Positions 38,876 through 48,322 of a stretch of DNA of 64,000 nucleotides are shown one piece after another. A program made the position numbers and the translations under genes. Each line of letters starts with the position of its first letter. Position 1 is the stretch's first letter. The notes beneath the pieces are model-generated. The model saw only the letters and a list, made by a program, of their open reading frames with translations, was not told where the DNA came from and ran no database searches. This DNA comes from a candidate division FCPU426 bacterium. Lineage in GTDB: Bacteria > Oederibacteriota > Muellerivitia > Muellerivitales > Muellerivitaceae. The stretch lies in NCBI GenBank assembly GCA_963771075.1, contig CAVYSE010000002.1:1-64000 (forward strand), written 5' to 3'.

Positions 38876-40138
38876 TTAATTCGCGAAGGTGTCCTTCACC
38901 CACTTCAAAGTCTGGGAGCGATTCCTGAACTTTCCGTCCAATTGGCCGTTCAAAGCTTCCAACAGGATGAACGAATATTGGAACCCCGGTTCGATCCCCA
39001 TGGCTTGAAGGTCCTTGCCCCTTACCCAAGGTTTGGAGGTTTGGATCTTCTGGAAATAGACCTTGAGCCGAGTGTGCGATGCGCCCCGGGAAGCCGCCAG
39101 GAGATAACATTGGACCTCCGGACGCAACGGACACAAGAGTTTATACATTTGGCTCGTCGTGATCTTGGAATCGGCCAGCTTCCCCAACATCGCAGGATAG
39201 GCCTGGGCGGACTGGAGAACGATCTTTTGCTCGGCCCGCGAAAGCATCATGCGTTTCGTCAGGGCACGAGCCTCGGCCTCCGAGGGTTTCGCAAGCAGGG
39301 CCTGGAACCAAACCATGGTCTCCTCATCCAAAGGGATCTTCAGCTTTCGGAAATACTCCATCGCGGCGGGGATTCCGGGTAAAAAAGCCCGGGTCGCCGG
39401 AAGAACATCCAGGGAAGGATGAATATGTCTCAGGACGCCCAACTCCTTCAGGCGCCTGACTGCTTTTTCCGGATGGGGTTCCTTGAAAATAAGGCGCAGT
39501 TCATTGCGCAGCCTTTCACCGGAAACCCGGCGGATGAACTCGCCTTTCACCGACTTCAGGAGCCACCGTTGGGTTTGGCTCTCGATGCGTTTTTGGAATC
39601 TCTGCTCAAAACGCACCGCGCGGAAAATGCGCGTGGGATCGTCCTCGAAGCTTTTCGAGTGCAGGGCCCGGATGCGCCCCTTTTGGAGGTCGACCCACCC
39701 GTTGTAGGGGTCCAATAAATGGAGGAAATTTCCAGAGGACAGGCTCAAGGCCATCGCGTTCAGGGTGAAGTCGCGGCGGTAAAGGTCTTGGACGATTCCG
39801 CTCTTTTCCACTTTCGGCAAGGCTCCCGGATGGTCGTAGGATTCCCGGCGCGCGGTGGCCACGTCCACCTTGCCGAACCCCGGCACCACCACGATGGAAG
39901 TTCCGAATTGGGTGAAGGCTTCCACCTCGGACCCGTAGGCATGGGCCAGTTTCTCGGCGAAGGTAAGCCCATCGCCCTCCACGGTGATGTCGATATCCAT
40001 TCCGCTCTTGCGCAGGAGCAAGTCCCTGACAAAACCTCCCACCGCATAGGCCATCTCACCCCTTTGTTCGGCCAGTTGGCCTATCCTTTTCAAAAGGGAC
40101 AGGGTTTTGGCTGGGATTCGGTCTTGGAATCGGATCAT
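38876..40138 (-). CDS. CCA-adding enzyme / poly(A) polymerase family nucleotidyltransferase
   Basis: VGGFVRDLLL, DIDI, DLYRRDFTLNAMA, EDDPTRIFRAVRF. Confidence 0.93.
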   Translation of the reverse strand: MIRFQDRIPAKTLSLLKRIGQLAEQRGEMAYAVGGFVRDLLLRKSGMDIDITVEGDGLTFAEKLAHAYGSEVEAFTQFGTSIVVVPGFGKVDVATARRESYDHPGALPKVEKSGIVQDLYRRDFTLNAMALSLSSGNFLHLLDPYNGWVDLQKGRIRALHSKSFEDDPTRIFRAVRFEQRFQKRIESQTQRWLLKSVKGEFIRRVSGERLRNELRLIFKEPHPEKAVRRLKELGVLRHIHPSLDVLPATRAFLPGIPAAMEYFRKLKIPLDEETMVWFQALLAKPSEAEARALTKRMMLSRAEQKIVLQSAQAYPAMLGKLADSKITTSQMYKLLCPLRPEVQCYLLAASRGASHTRLKVYFQKIQTSKPWVRGKDLQAMGIEPGFQYSFILLEALNGQLDGKFRNRSQTLKWVKDTFAN

Positions 40139-40175
40139 TTGAAACCTCCGGCCTTTTGAGTAGTTGGAAAAACCC

Positions 40176-40559
40176 TTACACGTTATACCCTTCTTCGGAC
40201 GTGAAAGCATTGGAAAGATGCTGGATGCGGGGTAACCCCAATAGGTTTTTGGCTGGGGAAAGGGCGACCACGTCAAACCGTGCGCTTCGAGGTTCCCCCG
40301 GGTAGCGGGCGAGGAAGACCGCCGCGGCGGCGGAGAGGCGGCTGATCTTATGGGCTGTCACGGCTTCCAGGGGGGAACCTTTGGAATAGGTGGTCCTTCG
40401 TTTGACCTCGACAAACACGATCGTATCACCCTTGCGGCAAACCAGGTCGATCTCGCCCTGGGGAACCCGGTAGTTCCGCTCCAGGATTTTGTAGCCCTTC
40501 AGGCGCAAATAGACGGCCGCGATCGCCTCTCCCCGGCGGCCGACCTTGTGCGTGCTCAT
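40176..40559 (-). CDS. yraN: YraN (UPF0102) family protein
   Basis: GEAIAAVYL..GYKILERNYR...GEIDLV...VFVEVK. Confidence 0.93.
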   Translation of the reverse strand: MSTHKVGRRGEAIAAVYLRLKGYKILERNYRVPQGEIDLVCRKGDTIVFVEVKRRTTYSKGSPLEAVTAHKISRLSAAAAVFLARYPGEPRSARFDVVALSPAKNLLGLPRIQHLSNAFTSEEGYNV

Positions 40560-41533
40560 GATCCGGAACCCTTCAATTGAAACGCCCGCCGGGAATAGAC
40601 CTCCCTCAACCGGTTTAATTCATCCTCGTTCAGGGTGCCGCCCGCCATCCGCTTGATGCTCAGGCCGGTTTTTTTCAGGTCCGCCGCGGATTTCGCCTCT
40701 TCCAACTTGCCGCTCCAAAAGCCGAAGTTTCCCTGAGGGTGCTTCGCGGCCTGGGCCTGGGCGACGGGGGCGAAACTGAGCCGGTGCTCGGGGCAAAGAC
40801 CCTTTTCCTGGATCGCCGCCAGGTGCTCCGGGGTGCCGTAACCCTTGTGGGAAGCGAACCCGTAACCCGGGTAGCGGGTTTCCAAATCCATCAACATTTT
40901 GTCCCTCGCTACCTTGGCCAAGATGGAAGCGGAAGCGATGCTCAAGGAGAGCGCGTCCCCATGGGTGAGGGCTTTTTGCGGAAGGTGCTTGAAATTCGGC
41001 AGGGGCATGGCGTCGGTGAGCAGTCCATCGGGGGGAATGGGCAGGGCCTGGATGGCCCTTTCCATGGCCAGACGGGCCGCCTGGTAAATATTGATCTCGT
41101 CGATTTCACTCGCGGTGGCTTGGCCGATCCCGAAGGCCAGGGCCTTTCCCCGGATGGTCCCGTCCAGTTCCTCCCTTTTCGAGGGGGTCAGTTTTTTGGA
41201 GTCGTTCACCCCTGCCAATAGCAATCCGGGTGGCAGGATGACCGCCGCCGCCACCACCGGACCCACCAGGGGCCCCCGGCCCGCCTCGTCGATACCGGCG
41301 ATGAGTTTGCAACCCAAAGCCTGCAATTCCCTTTCGGGGGCCAGCATGGCCTGGAGGCGTTCCGTTTCCAGGATTTCTTTTCGGAGTTTTTTCTCGAACT
41401 TGAGGAAGAGCTTTTCGGCGGCGGGACGGACGTCCCCTTGCAGTTGATTCCTTAGAAAATGGAGGGCCTCACCCGTCGACCCTTTTTCGAGGGCCTCCAG
41501 CTCAAGGCTTCGGAGCGGGGGTTGGCTTGTCAT
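40556..41533 (-). CDS. rnhB: Ribonuclease HII
   Basis: AGIDEAGRGPL, NDSKKL, SIASASILAKVARD, HKGYGT; ATG at 41533. Confidence 0.96.
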   Translation of the reverse strand: MTSQPPLRSLELEALEKGSTGEALHFLRNQLQGDVRPAAEKLFLKFEKKLRKEILETERLQAMLAPERELQALGCKLIAGIDEAGRGPLVGPVVAAAVILPPGLLLAGVNDSKKLTPSKREELDGTIRGKALAFGIGQATASEIDEINIYQAARLAMERAIQALPIPPDGLLTDAMPLPNFKHLPQKALTHGDALSLSIASASILAKVARDKMLMDLETRYPGYGFASHKGYGTPEHLAAIQEKGLCPEHRLSFAPVAQAQAAKHPQGNFGFWSGKLEEAKSAADLKKTGLSIKRMAGGTLNEDELNRLREVYSRRAFQLKGSGS

Positions 41534-43343
41534 TCGGGGTGGAAGGAGCGCTCGGAGTGGCTTGCGCCCCGGAAGCGGGCTGGTCGTCGGATTCGGTTTC
41601 GTCATCCGGAGTCGGTTGGATGACTGAAGTGGGTACGGCGATCGGGGTGGTTCCGGCATTCGCTGAAGCTTTGGCCTTCACAACCGGTATGGGACGGGTT
41701 TGGGCCGCGGGAGTATTTCCCTCGACATCAACGATGGGCTTCGGAGGCGCGGTCAGGAGGGTCAGGGGGGCCGCCTCGCTTAAAACCCGGTCATTGGTTT
41801 TTAACAAGGCCTTCAAGACAACCGGATAATCCGGTTTTTCGTCCTTTTTCATCCGGATCAGGACGTTCACGGATTTGAGCTCGGAGGAGGAAATGGTCCC
41901 GATTTCCAGGTCCATGGCGTCGTCTTTCATTTTCCACTCGCCGGTGACGGCGGCCGGTTTTTTCAGGGCGGGCGCGGAAGGAGCCGGCCCCCCCGAGGGA
42001 GTCCCCACTACCGAAGGGGCGGTACCGGGCAAGGGGGTGGGGGTCATCGTCCACGCGGGGGTCGCCGTCAGGGGGGGACGTTCGGAGGAACCCGTATCGG
42101 AAGGGTTCACGGACGGATTCGCCAGGGGGGTCGGGGTGGCGAGGGGAACCATTTCAAACCCCTTGGGCAGGGGCAGTTCAAAGGTGGACAGGGGCGAGGT
42201 TTTGGGGCTTTGGTTCTGGAAGGTAAAGTTCAGGGTGTAAAAGGGTTTGGCCTTGTTGGGTTTCTGGGCCACTTCACCCTTGAAAAGGAAGTCGAACTTG
42301 GCCATTTCCCCGTTGGGTTGGTACCGGAGGATGGTTCCATTCGCCCCGACGATGAACCCCATATCGCCGGAAAAGGCGATCCCGTTCAGGGATGGTTTCC
42401 CGGTGGGTTTGACGTGGGAAATCCAGCGGCTGCCATCGTAAAAGATGAGGGTGCCGTCCTGGCCCGTGGCCCATCCGTTGCTCTCGTCCTTCATCCAGAC
42501 CTTGTAGAGGTCAAAACCCGAGAAAGCGGTTCCCATCTTGTTCCAGGTCGTGCCGTTGAATTGGAGGATCGTTCCGAAGGCGCCGACCGCCCAGGCCTGA
42601 ACGTCGTTGATGACCGAAACGCTGTTGAGCCGCTCGGTGGTGGGATTGCCGGGGAAGGGGGCCCAGGTTTGGCCGTCAAATTTGATGATGGTCCCCAGGT
42701 TACCTACCGCCCAGCCATTGTTCTCATCGGTCAGGGACAGGCTGTAGAGGTCATTCTTGATGGTGGAGGCCGCCGCAGCGGTAGTCGCGGGACTGATTAC
42801 CTGCAGTGCGCCCCAGGAAATCCCGTTGAACTTCAAGAGGGTGCCGTTGGACCCTACGACCCAGACCGTGTGGGATTTCGTGACCGCCACGTCGTAGAGG
42901 GTTTCGGTGGAACCGGAATCGGGTTGACTCCACTGGCCGTTGTTGTAATAGAGGATGGTGCCGTGGGAGCCCACAAACCACCCCTCGGTCTCATTGATGA
43001 AGGCCACCGATAAAAGGTTCTCGTTCTTGGCGTAGCCGCTGTCCACCCGGCCCCAAGTCTCCCCGTCCCATTTAAGGATGGTGCCGTTGTTGCCGCAGGC
43101 CCAACCCGCCTTTTTATTGATCATGAAGACGTCGTTCAGGGCGTCGGTGACGGTGATGGTCACGGGAAAGGAAACCCAGTAGATGACGTCGGAGTCGGCG
43201 GCGGACCCGGCGTCCGTCTGGTTGGCCTTGGAAGGGGACAAGGGGCTGACGGCCCCGCTGCCCGAACAACCCGCCATCAGGCCCAACCCGAGGGCTACGG
43301 ATAAAGCCAGAAAAAGAAATAGAAGGTTCAGTGGTTTTTTCAT
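41502..43343 (-). CDS. Lipoprotein with YCF48/BNR-like beta-propeller repeats and Pro/Thr-rich C-terminus
   Basis: Lipobox MAGC; repeated WAVG..GTIL.FDG..W. Confidence 0.8.
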   Translation of the reverse strand: MKKPLNLLFLFLALSVALGLGLMAGCSGSGAVSPLSPSKANQTDAGSAADSDVIYWVSFPVTITVTDALNDVFMINKKAGWACGNNGTILKWDGETWGRVDSGYAKNENLLSVAFINETEGWFVGSHGTILYYNNGQWSQPDSGSTETLYDVAVTKSHTVWVVGSNGTLLKFNGISWGALQVISPATTAAAASTIKNDLYSLSLTDENNGWAVGNLGTIIKFDGQTWAPFPGNPTTERLNSVSVINDVQAWAVGAFGTILQFNGTTWNKMGTAFSGFDLYKVWMKDESNGWATGQDGTLIFYDGSRWISHVKPTGKPSLNGIAFSGDMGFIVGANGTILRYQPNGEMAKFDFLFKGEVAQKPNKAKPFYTLNFTFQNQSPKTSPLSTFELPLPKGFEMVPLATPTPLANPSVNPSDTGSSERPPLTATPAWTMTPTPLPGTAPSVVGTPSGGPAPSAPALKKPAAVTGEWKMKDDAMDLEIGTISSSELKSVNVLIRMKKDEKPDYPVVLKALLKTNDRVLSEAAPLTLLTAPPKPIVDVEGNTPAAQTRPIPVVKAKASANAGTTPIAVPTSVIQPTPDDETESDDQPASGAQATPSAPSTPNDKPTPAPKP

Positions 43344-43396
43344 GAAGGGCTATCCTACCTTTGACGCGCAAGCCGCGCAAGCCGGGTCGGAGGCAT

Positions 43397-43432
43397 AAAA
43401 AAACCGCCCCCGCTATGAAAAGCGGGGGCGGT
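43397..43432 (-). terminator. Rho-independent terminator after rplS
   Basis: CCGCCCCCGCT stem plus T7 on the minus strand. Confidence 0.85.
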
Positions 43433-43450
43433 CGTGAGACGGGGATCCAA

Positions 43451-43930
43451 TCAGGCTTGGGCTGACTTCTCGGGCGTCGCGGAAGTTGCCGCGGCGGGAG
43501 CTTCCACCGGGGCGGGAGCCACGGTTTCGGGGGTCAGGGTCGCGGCGGATTCGGCCGTTTCCTCGCCTGGAACCTTGACGCCGCGCTTGCTTTCCTGGAT
43601 GCGGGCGGCCTTCTTCGTGAGCTTCCCGCGTAGGTAGAACAGCTTGCCCCGCCGGACCCTGCCCGAACGGGTGACCTTGATATCCTTGATCATGGGGGAC
43701 TGGACGTAGAAGGTCTTTTCCACCCCGACCCCGTAGGACAATTTGCGGACCGTAAAGCGCATGCGGGGTCCGCGGCCCTGCAGGCCGATGACCACGCCCT
43801 CATAGGCCTGGATCCTTTCCTTCTCGCCTTCCTTGATGCGCAGGGAAATCTTGACCGAATCGCCCACCTTGAAGGGCACGGCCTTCCGGATCACCTGGGT
43901 TGCCTCGAATTTACGGATTATCTCGTTCAT
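43451..43930 (-). CDS. rplS: 50S ribosomal protein L19
   Basis: FKVGDSVK...EGEKERIQAYEGVVI...GVGVEKTF...VRRGKLFYLR. Confidence 0.97.
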   Translation of the reverse strand: MNEIIRKFEATQVIRKAVPFKVGDSVKISLRIKEGEKERIQAYEGVVIGLQGRGPRMRFTVRKLSYGVGVEKTFYVQSPMIKDIKVTRSGRVRRGKLFYLRGKLTKKAARIQESKRGVKVPGEETAESAATLTPETVAPAPVEAPAAATSATPEKSAQA

Positions 43931-44718
43931 TGCTTCTTCCTCCCGCGTCCTGCCCTGTGCGGCCCGGGGTTTTCCCGGCCCTTCCACTCTTCCCTCACTT
44001 CTTGAAGAAGGTCCCGGTCCTCATCGGACAGGACGGCTTTCTCCAGTAGGTCGGGCCTTTTTGTAAAGGTATTCCTCAGGGACTGTTTTTTTCTCCAAAG
44101 CTCGATCCGGGCATGATTGCCCGAAAGCAGAACCTCCGGCACTTCCATCCCCTTGAAAAGGCGGGGACGAGTATAGTGCGGATAGTCCAATAATCCATTA
44201 AAAAAGCTGTCCTTTTCCACGGACTGCCGGTCGCCCACCACGCCGGGTAAGAATCGGACCAGGCTGTCCACCAGGGCTGCCGCGGCGGGCTCCCCGCCGG
44301 TTAAGACAAAATCTCCCAGGCTGACTTCCTCGTCGATCTGGCCCATCACCCTCTCGTCCAGACCCTCGTAATGTCCGCAGACCAAAATCAGGGCGGGCAC
44401 TTGGGAAAGATCCAAGACCTTCCGGTGATCCAGCCTTTGCCCCTGCGGGGAAAGAAGGATCGTCCTCACCCCCCGGCGCCTGCCTTTCAAGGCCTTCAGC
44501 GCCTTGTCGAGCGGCTCGGGCTTCATCACCATCCCGGCCCCGCCCCCATAGGGGACGTCGTCAGCCTTGTGATGCTTGTCCGTGGCCCATTGGCGCAGGT
44601 CGTGGAGCTTGAGATCGACCGCTCCCTTTTCTTGCGCCCGCTTGACCATGGAAACCGTGAAAGGCCCCTGGAAGTAATCGGGGAAAAGGGTCAGGATATC
44701 AATCCGTGTTTTCCGCAT
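43927..44718 (-). CDS. trmD: tRNA (guanine37-N1)-methyltransferase
   Basis: DILTLFP, YGGGAGMVMK, CGHYEGLDER, GDFVLTGGE. Confidence 0.97.
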   Translation of the reverse strand: MRKTRIDILTLFPDYFQGPFTVSMVKRAQEKGAVDLKLHDLRQWATDKHHKADDVPYGGGAGMVMKPEPLDKALKALKGRRRGVRTILLSPQGQRLDHRKVLDLSQVPALILVCGHYEGLDERVMGQIDEEVSLGDFVLTGGEPAAAALVDSLVRFLPGVVGDRQSVEKDSFFNGLLDYPHYTRPRLFKGMEVPEVLLSGNHARIELWRKKQSLRNTFTKRPDLLEKAVLSDEDRDLLQEVREEWKGRENPGPHRAGRGRKKQ

Positions 44719-45259
44719 CGATCTCTTCCATGGGATCCGCTACCAGGACCCGGTCCTTCAGATCCACCCGCTTCACCACCGACTTCAAGGCGGGCAGGAG
44801 GATTTCCTTCCCTTCCCTCCTCACCACCAAAACCGCGTTGGCGGTCTCGTCCATCACTTCCTCGACCACGCCGAGGGGCTCCCCGGTGGATGTCTCCACC
44901 CTCAGCCCCACCAGGTCGTTCACGTAAAACTGGTTCTCCACCAATGGCGCGCGGTCGGACTCGGGCACGGCCAGGAAAGCGCCCCGGAGGCTTTCCGCCT
45001 CCTCCACGCCCTCCACCTCCAAAAGCCTCACGACCGCGTCCCCGTCGTTGTGCATGAAGGCCCTTCCGACGGTCACCTTTTTTAACACGATCCCGTCCCG
45101 AACGAGGGACAGGGAGGGGCAATTCTTCAAGCGATCCAGGCCGGAGCAGGAAAGCGAAAGTTTCACTTCGCCCTTCAGGCCGTGGGACCGGACGATCGTC
45201 GCCAGGACGATCCAATCGTTTCGTTGGGGTTCGGGGGTTGGGTTCCCGGGATTACTCAA
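44699..45259 (-). CDS. rimM: 16S rRNA processing protein RimM
   Basis: SHGLKGEVK, FYVNDLVGLRV; position in the rpsP-trmD operon. Confidence 0.95.
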   Translation of the reverse strand: MSNPGNPTPEPQRNDWIVLATIVRSHGLKGEVKLSLSCSGLDRLKNCPSLSLVRDGIVLKKVTVGRAFMHNDGDAVVRLLEVEGVEEAESLRGAFLAVPESDRAPLVENQFYVNDLVGLRVETSTGEPLGVVEEVMDETANAVLVVRREGKEILLPALKSVVKRVDLKDRVLVADPMEEIDAENTD

Positions 45260-45482
45260 CGACTTCCAGGGAGAACTTCAGACCGTTTTTGGCGCAGGCG
45301 GCCGAAACCAGGGTTCGGAGAGCCTTGATCGTGCGGCCCTGTTTTCCGATGATCTTGCCGTAATCTTCCTTGGAGACTCTCAGTTCCAGCACGGTCGTGT
45401 CGCCTTCCATGCGCTCTTGCAGTGCCACCGCATCGGGCTTGTCCACGAGGCCCTTCGCCACGAATTCGATGAGATCTTTCAT
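45252..45482 (-). CDS. khpA: KH-domain RNA-binding protein
   Basis: LVDKPDAV...DYGKIIGKQGRTIKALRT. Confidence 0.93.
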   Translation of the reverse strand: MKDLIEFVAKGLVDKPDAVALQERMEGDTTVLELRVSKEDYGKIIGKQGRTIKALRTLVSAACAKNGLKFSLEVVE

Positions 45483-45555
45483 ACACATCCTTCCGATTAA
45501 AGAAAGCGGATGGCCCACCCGCTTTGGGGAGTGGCCAGCGCTCGTTTCTTTTCGA

Positions 45556-45804
45556 CTAAACCTTGGCGACGGCCTTTTTCAGGAGACCCGCCACGGTGGG
45601 GGTCATGACCGCGCCCTTTTTCACCCAGGCTTCCAAGTCATCCTTCTTGAAATTGACGATACTGTTGGCCACGTTCTTGGGATTGTAGGTACCCAAATCC
45701 TGCACCCGGCGGCCCTTGCCGGACATGCGCTCATCCACCACGATCAAGCGGAAATAGGGTTTCTTGCTGCTTCCCATCCGTTTCAAACGAATCTTGAGGG
45801 ACAC
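45556..45804 (-). CDS. rpsP: 30S ribosomal protein S16
   Basis: LKIRLKRMGSSKKPYFRLIV...LGTYNP. Confidence 0.97.
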   Translation of the reverse strand: MSLKIRLKRMGSSKKPYFRLIVVDERMSGKGRRVQDLGTYNPKNVANSIVNFKKDDLEAWVKKGAVMTPTVAGLLKKAVAKV

Positions 45805-46134
45805 AATGCCTCCTAAAAAGCATAAAAAGTCGTCGACCGATACACGTTCGGCCCCGTTTCCATCCTATAAAACATCGGTTTTAGGGAAGGGAGAAGGATT
45901 CTAAAAACCACGCCCCCCTTTGTCAAGGAAATAGGCCGTTTAAAAGGTTTTAGCAACAAAGAATGATCGTTTAAGCACCACCCGGAAGGGATTGGATGAT
46001 CATGTCCGCAAGTGTTGTGCAGTATCGGGAATGAATCCGGGGGGAGCCGGAAGATCCGGGGGTTTTGCCTTATCTTCAGTTATTAGCTCGACAGATAAAT
46101 AGATTTGATATCTGAATTCTAATAAATATTCACT

Positions 46135-46162
46135 GTCGACTGCGGACTGCGAACTGCCAACT
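46135..46162 (+). repeat. Heptamer tandem repeat x4
   Basis: GTCGACT GCGGACT GCGAACT GCCAACT. Confidence 0.7.
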
Positions 46163-46233
46163 AGCTTTAGGGTGGCGGGGTCGATAAAACCTATGGTGTG
46201 ATTTGTAAGCAAAGCCCCTCGGTTTTTTTACTG

Positions 46234-46470
46234 TTATTGCCAGAACCATTTCTTCTTCGGCACCAGGGGCTTGTTCGTGTAAGAAGTACGCTTGTACCCG
46301 GTAAACCTGATCCTATCCCGGGATTCGGATTCCTTTTGTACCACGATCACCGGCTTAGGCAGGGTCGCCTCGGGGGTGACACCCACTTCGGGCGCCTTAA
46401 CAGCCGGTGCCGGAACCGGGGTGGTGGCGGGGACTTCTTTGTTTTGTTTGATGTTAATGGCGTCATTCAT
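46234..46470 (-). CDS. Small hypothetical protein
   Basis: 78 aa, AAGGA RBS, Pro/Ala-rich. Confidence 0.55.
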   Translation of the reverse strand: MNDAINIKQNKEVPATTPVPAPAVKAPEVGVTPEATLPKPVIVVQKESESRDRIRFTGYKRTSYTNKPLVPKKKWFWQ

Positions 46471-46869
46471 AGTCGTTTCCTTTGGAAGAACCTCGTCATG
46501 AAAAACTCTCCCGGTGATGCTGAATTTCCTAAAGACCTTTTAAGTTAAGCTACGGAGGTTTGGACACAGGGACAAGTGGCGGGGGCTGATAGTTAAAAAT
46601 CATCCGGGGCGCGGAGTAAGAAATTATCGAAATGATTCGAATGGGTGACGCACGATCAATTTGATTGGAATGAGGTTCGTCTTTTTAAAGGCTTTCCTGA
46701 CGACCCATCTTTCTTGGATTCAACTGGCCCTGGTAGGTTTTCCAAGGGGAATGAAACGATCCATCAGGCCGTCGATGCGGGCGCTAGGCGCCGTTGCTTT
46801 TGATGGCTTCCCCGTAGTCAAATACCCCGGATAAACACCCGGATCATCACGCGCTTAAAGGAACCTGCC

Positions 46870-47400
46870 ATGGCCGCTCAAAATAAAAAAATCGCTCTCT
46901 TGGTCGCCAAGGATTTCGAGGATATGGAAGTGATGTACCCCTACTACCGGCTCCTGGAAGCAGGACATCCGGTGGACGTGATCGGTGAGGACCCGGCCGG
47001 CACGAGGTACGTCGGGAAGAACGGTTATCCCATCGTCTCCACCCTGGAGATCTCCCAGGCGAACCCCCTGGATTATGCCGGCTTGGTGGCGCCGGGGGGC
47101 TGGGCGCCCGATAAATTACGAAGAAACCCCCAGGTGCTGAAGCTCGTCGTCGATATTGAGCGTCATGACGGCGTCTTGGCTTCGATCTGCCATGGGCCCT
47201 GGATCTTGATCTCGGCGGGCGTGATGAGGGGCAAGAAAACCACCTCGACCCCGGCCTTGAAGGACGACCTGGTGAACGCGGGGGCCCGGTGGGAAGATCG
47301 CGATGTAGTCGTGGATGGCCGCCTGGTCACCAGCCGCAAACCCGACGACTTGCCGGCTTTCATGCGGGAAATGCTGAATCTGCTCGGGGAAAAAGTGTAG
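46870..47400 (+). CDS. PfpI/DJ-1 family (type 1 glutamine amidotransferase-like) protein
   Basis: FEDMEVMYP, PGGWAPDKLR, SICHGPW, VTSRKPDDL. Confidence 0.95.
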   Translation: MAAQNKKIALLVAKDFEDMEVMYPYYRLLEAGHPVDVIGEDPAGTRYVGKNGYPIVSTLEISQANPLDYAGLVAPGGWAPDKLRRNPQVLKLVVDIERHDGVLASICHGPWILISAGVMRGKKTTSTPALKDDLVNAGARWEDRDVVVDGRLVTSRKPDDLPAFMREMLNLLGEKV

Positions 47401-47435
47401 CGGGAAGGGCCGTCTGTCTGTTGAGGGCCTTCCCT

Positions 47436-47466
47436 GCCGACTGCGAACTGTCGACTGCCGACTGCC
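47436..47466 (+). repeat. Heptamer tandem repeat x4, same family as 46135
   Basis: GCCGACT GCGAACT GTCGACT GCCGACT GCC. Confidence 0.7.
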
Positions 47467-47500
47467 TCTTCCACCCAATAATTTTAAGCGAGAAAGGCAT

Positions 47501-48211
47501 CTAGGGCGCTCGCAATACAAAAGAACCGTTCTCCATCCCTGCAATCGCATGATAAGAATATTGGACTGTCAACGACCCATCCGCATTTGAATCAAATACC
47601 AGCATTTCATAGGGTCTTAAATTAACCTCGAACTTGGATTTGGTTAGATAACTTTGCAATTCACCGGCGTTCAAGGGCCACCGGGCATTTTCCTTGCGGA
47701 AAGACAAAATAGGCAAATACAAGCCGACTTTAGCTGAAGAGGTGTAGGAATATTCCTCATCCCCATGCCCCGTATGTCGGGTTGAAATAAACAGGCCAAT
47801 CCCACAAAGCGTGAATAAAGTCACGAATAGGACAACCAAAGTCGTGACCCCACCCCAATCGGCCAAATCAAAACCCCTCCAACCCCGGACGATATCAGGC
47901 GGGACCCTGAATAAAGATCGGGATGCGGGGTTTTTATCTCCCACAAAACCGCCATACCTTGTCAGTGTAAAAACCTTCGTCAGAGGGAAAAAGGCGCTCA
48001 AGCCCCCGTCGTCCAGGCTTATGCGAACATTTAGGCTTCCGTTCACCCGATCCACCCAGGACGACTTTATTTCAATTCGGTAAATTCTTCCGGAAGTCCC
48101 CGTGAATTCACGAACCGATTCGGGGGCTTCTTCAAAATATCCCTTCAGTTCAGAATAATTCATTTGTTTGAGCAAGGAGAAATGTTTGGAAAGGATGTCG
48201 TCCGCTTCCAC
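47501..48211 (-). CDS. Hypothetical membrane protein
   Basis: 236 aa ORF with a central TM helix. Confidence 0.6.
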   Translation of the reverse strand: MEADDILSKHFSLLKQMNYSELKGYFEEAPESVREFTGTSGRIYRIEIKSSWVDRVNGSLNVRISLDDGGLSAFFPLTKVFTLTRYGGFVGDKNPASRSLFRVPPDIVRGWRGFDLADWGGVTTLVVLFVTLFTLCGIGLFISTRHTGHGDEEYSYTSSAKVGLYLPILSFRKENARWPLNAGELQSYLTKSKFEVNLRPYEMLVFDSNADGSLTVQYSYHAIAGMENGSFVLRAP

Positions 48212-48322
48212 GCGATTGCCTCTTTCCTGAATTTGCAGATAGAGTCTGTTTTAAATCTTGCTTTATTTGGTTGTCATTGCGACGAGTGGCCGCCGAATAA
48301 GGAACATAGGGGCCAGAGAAGG

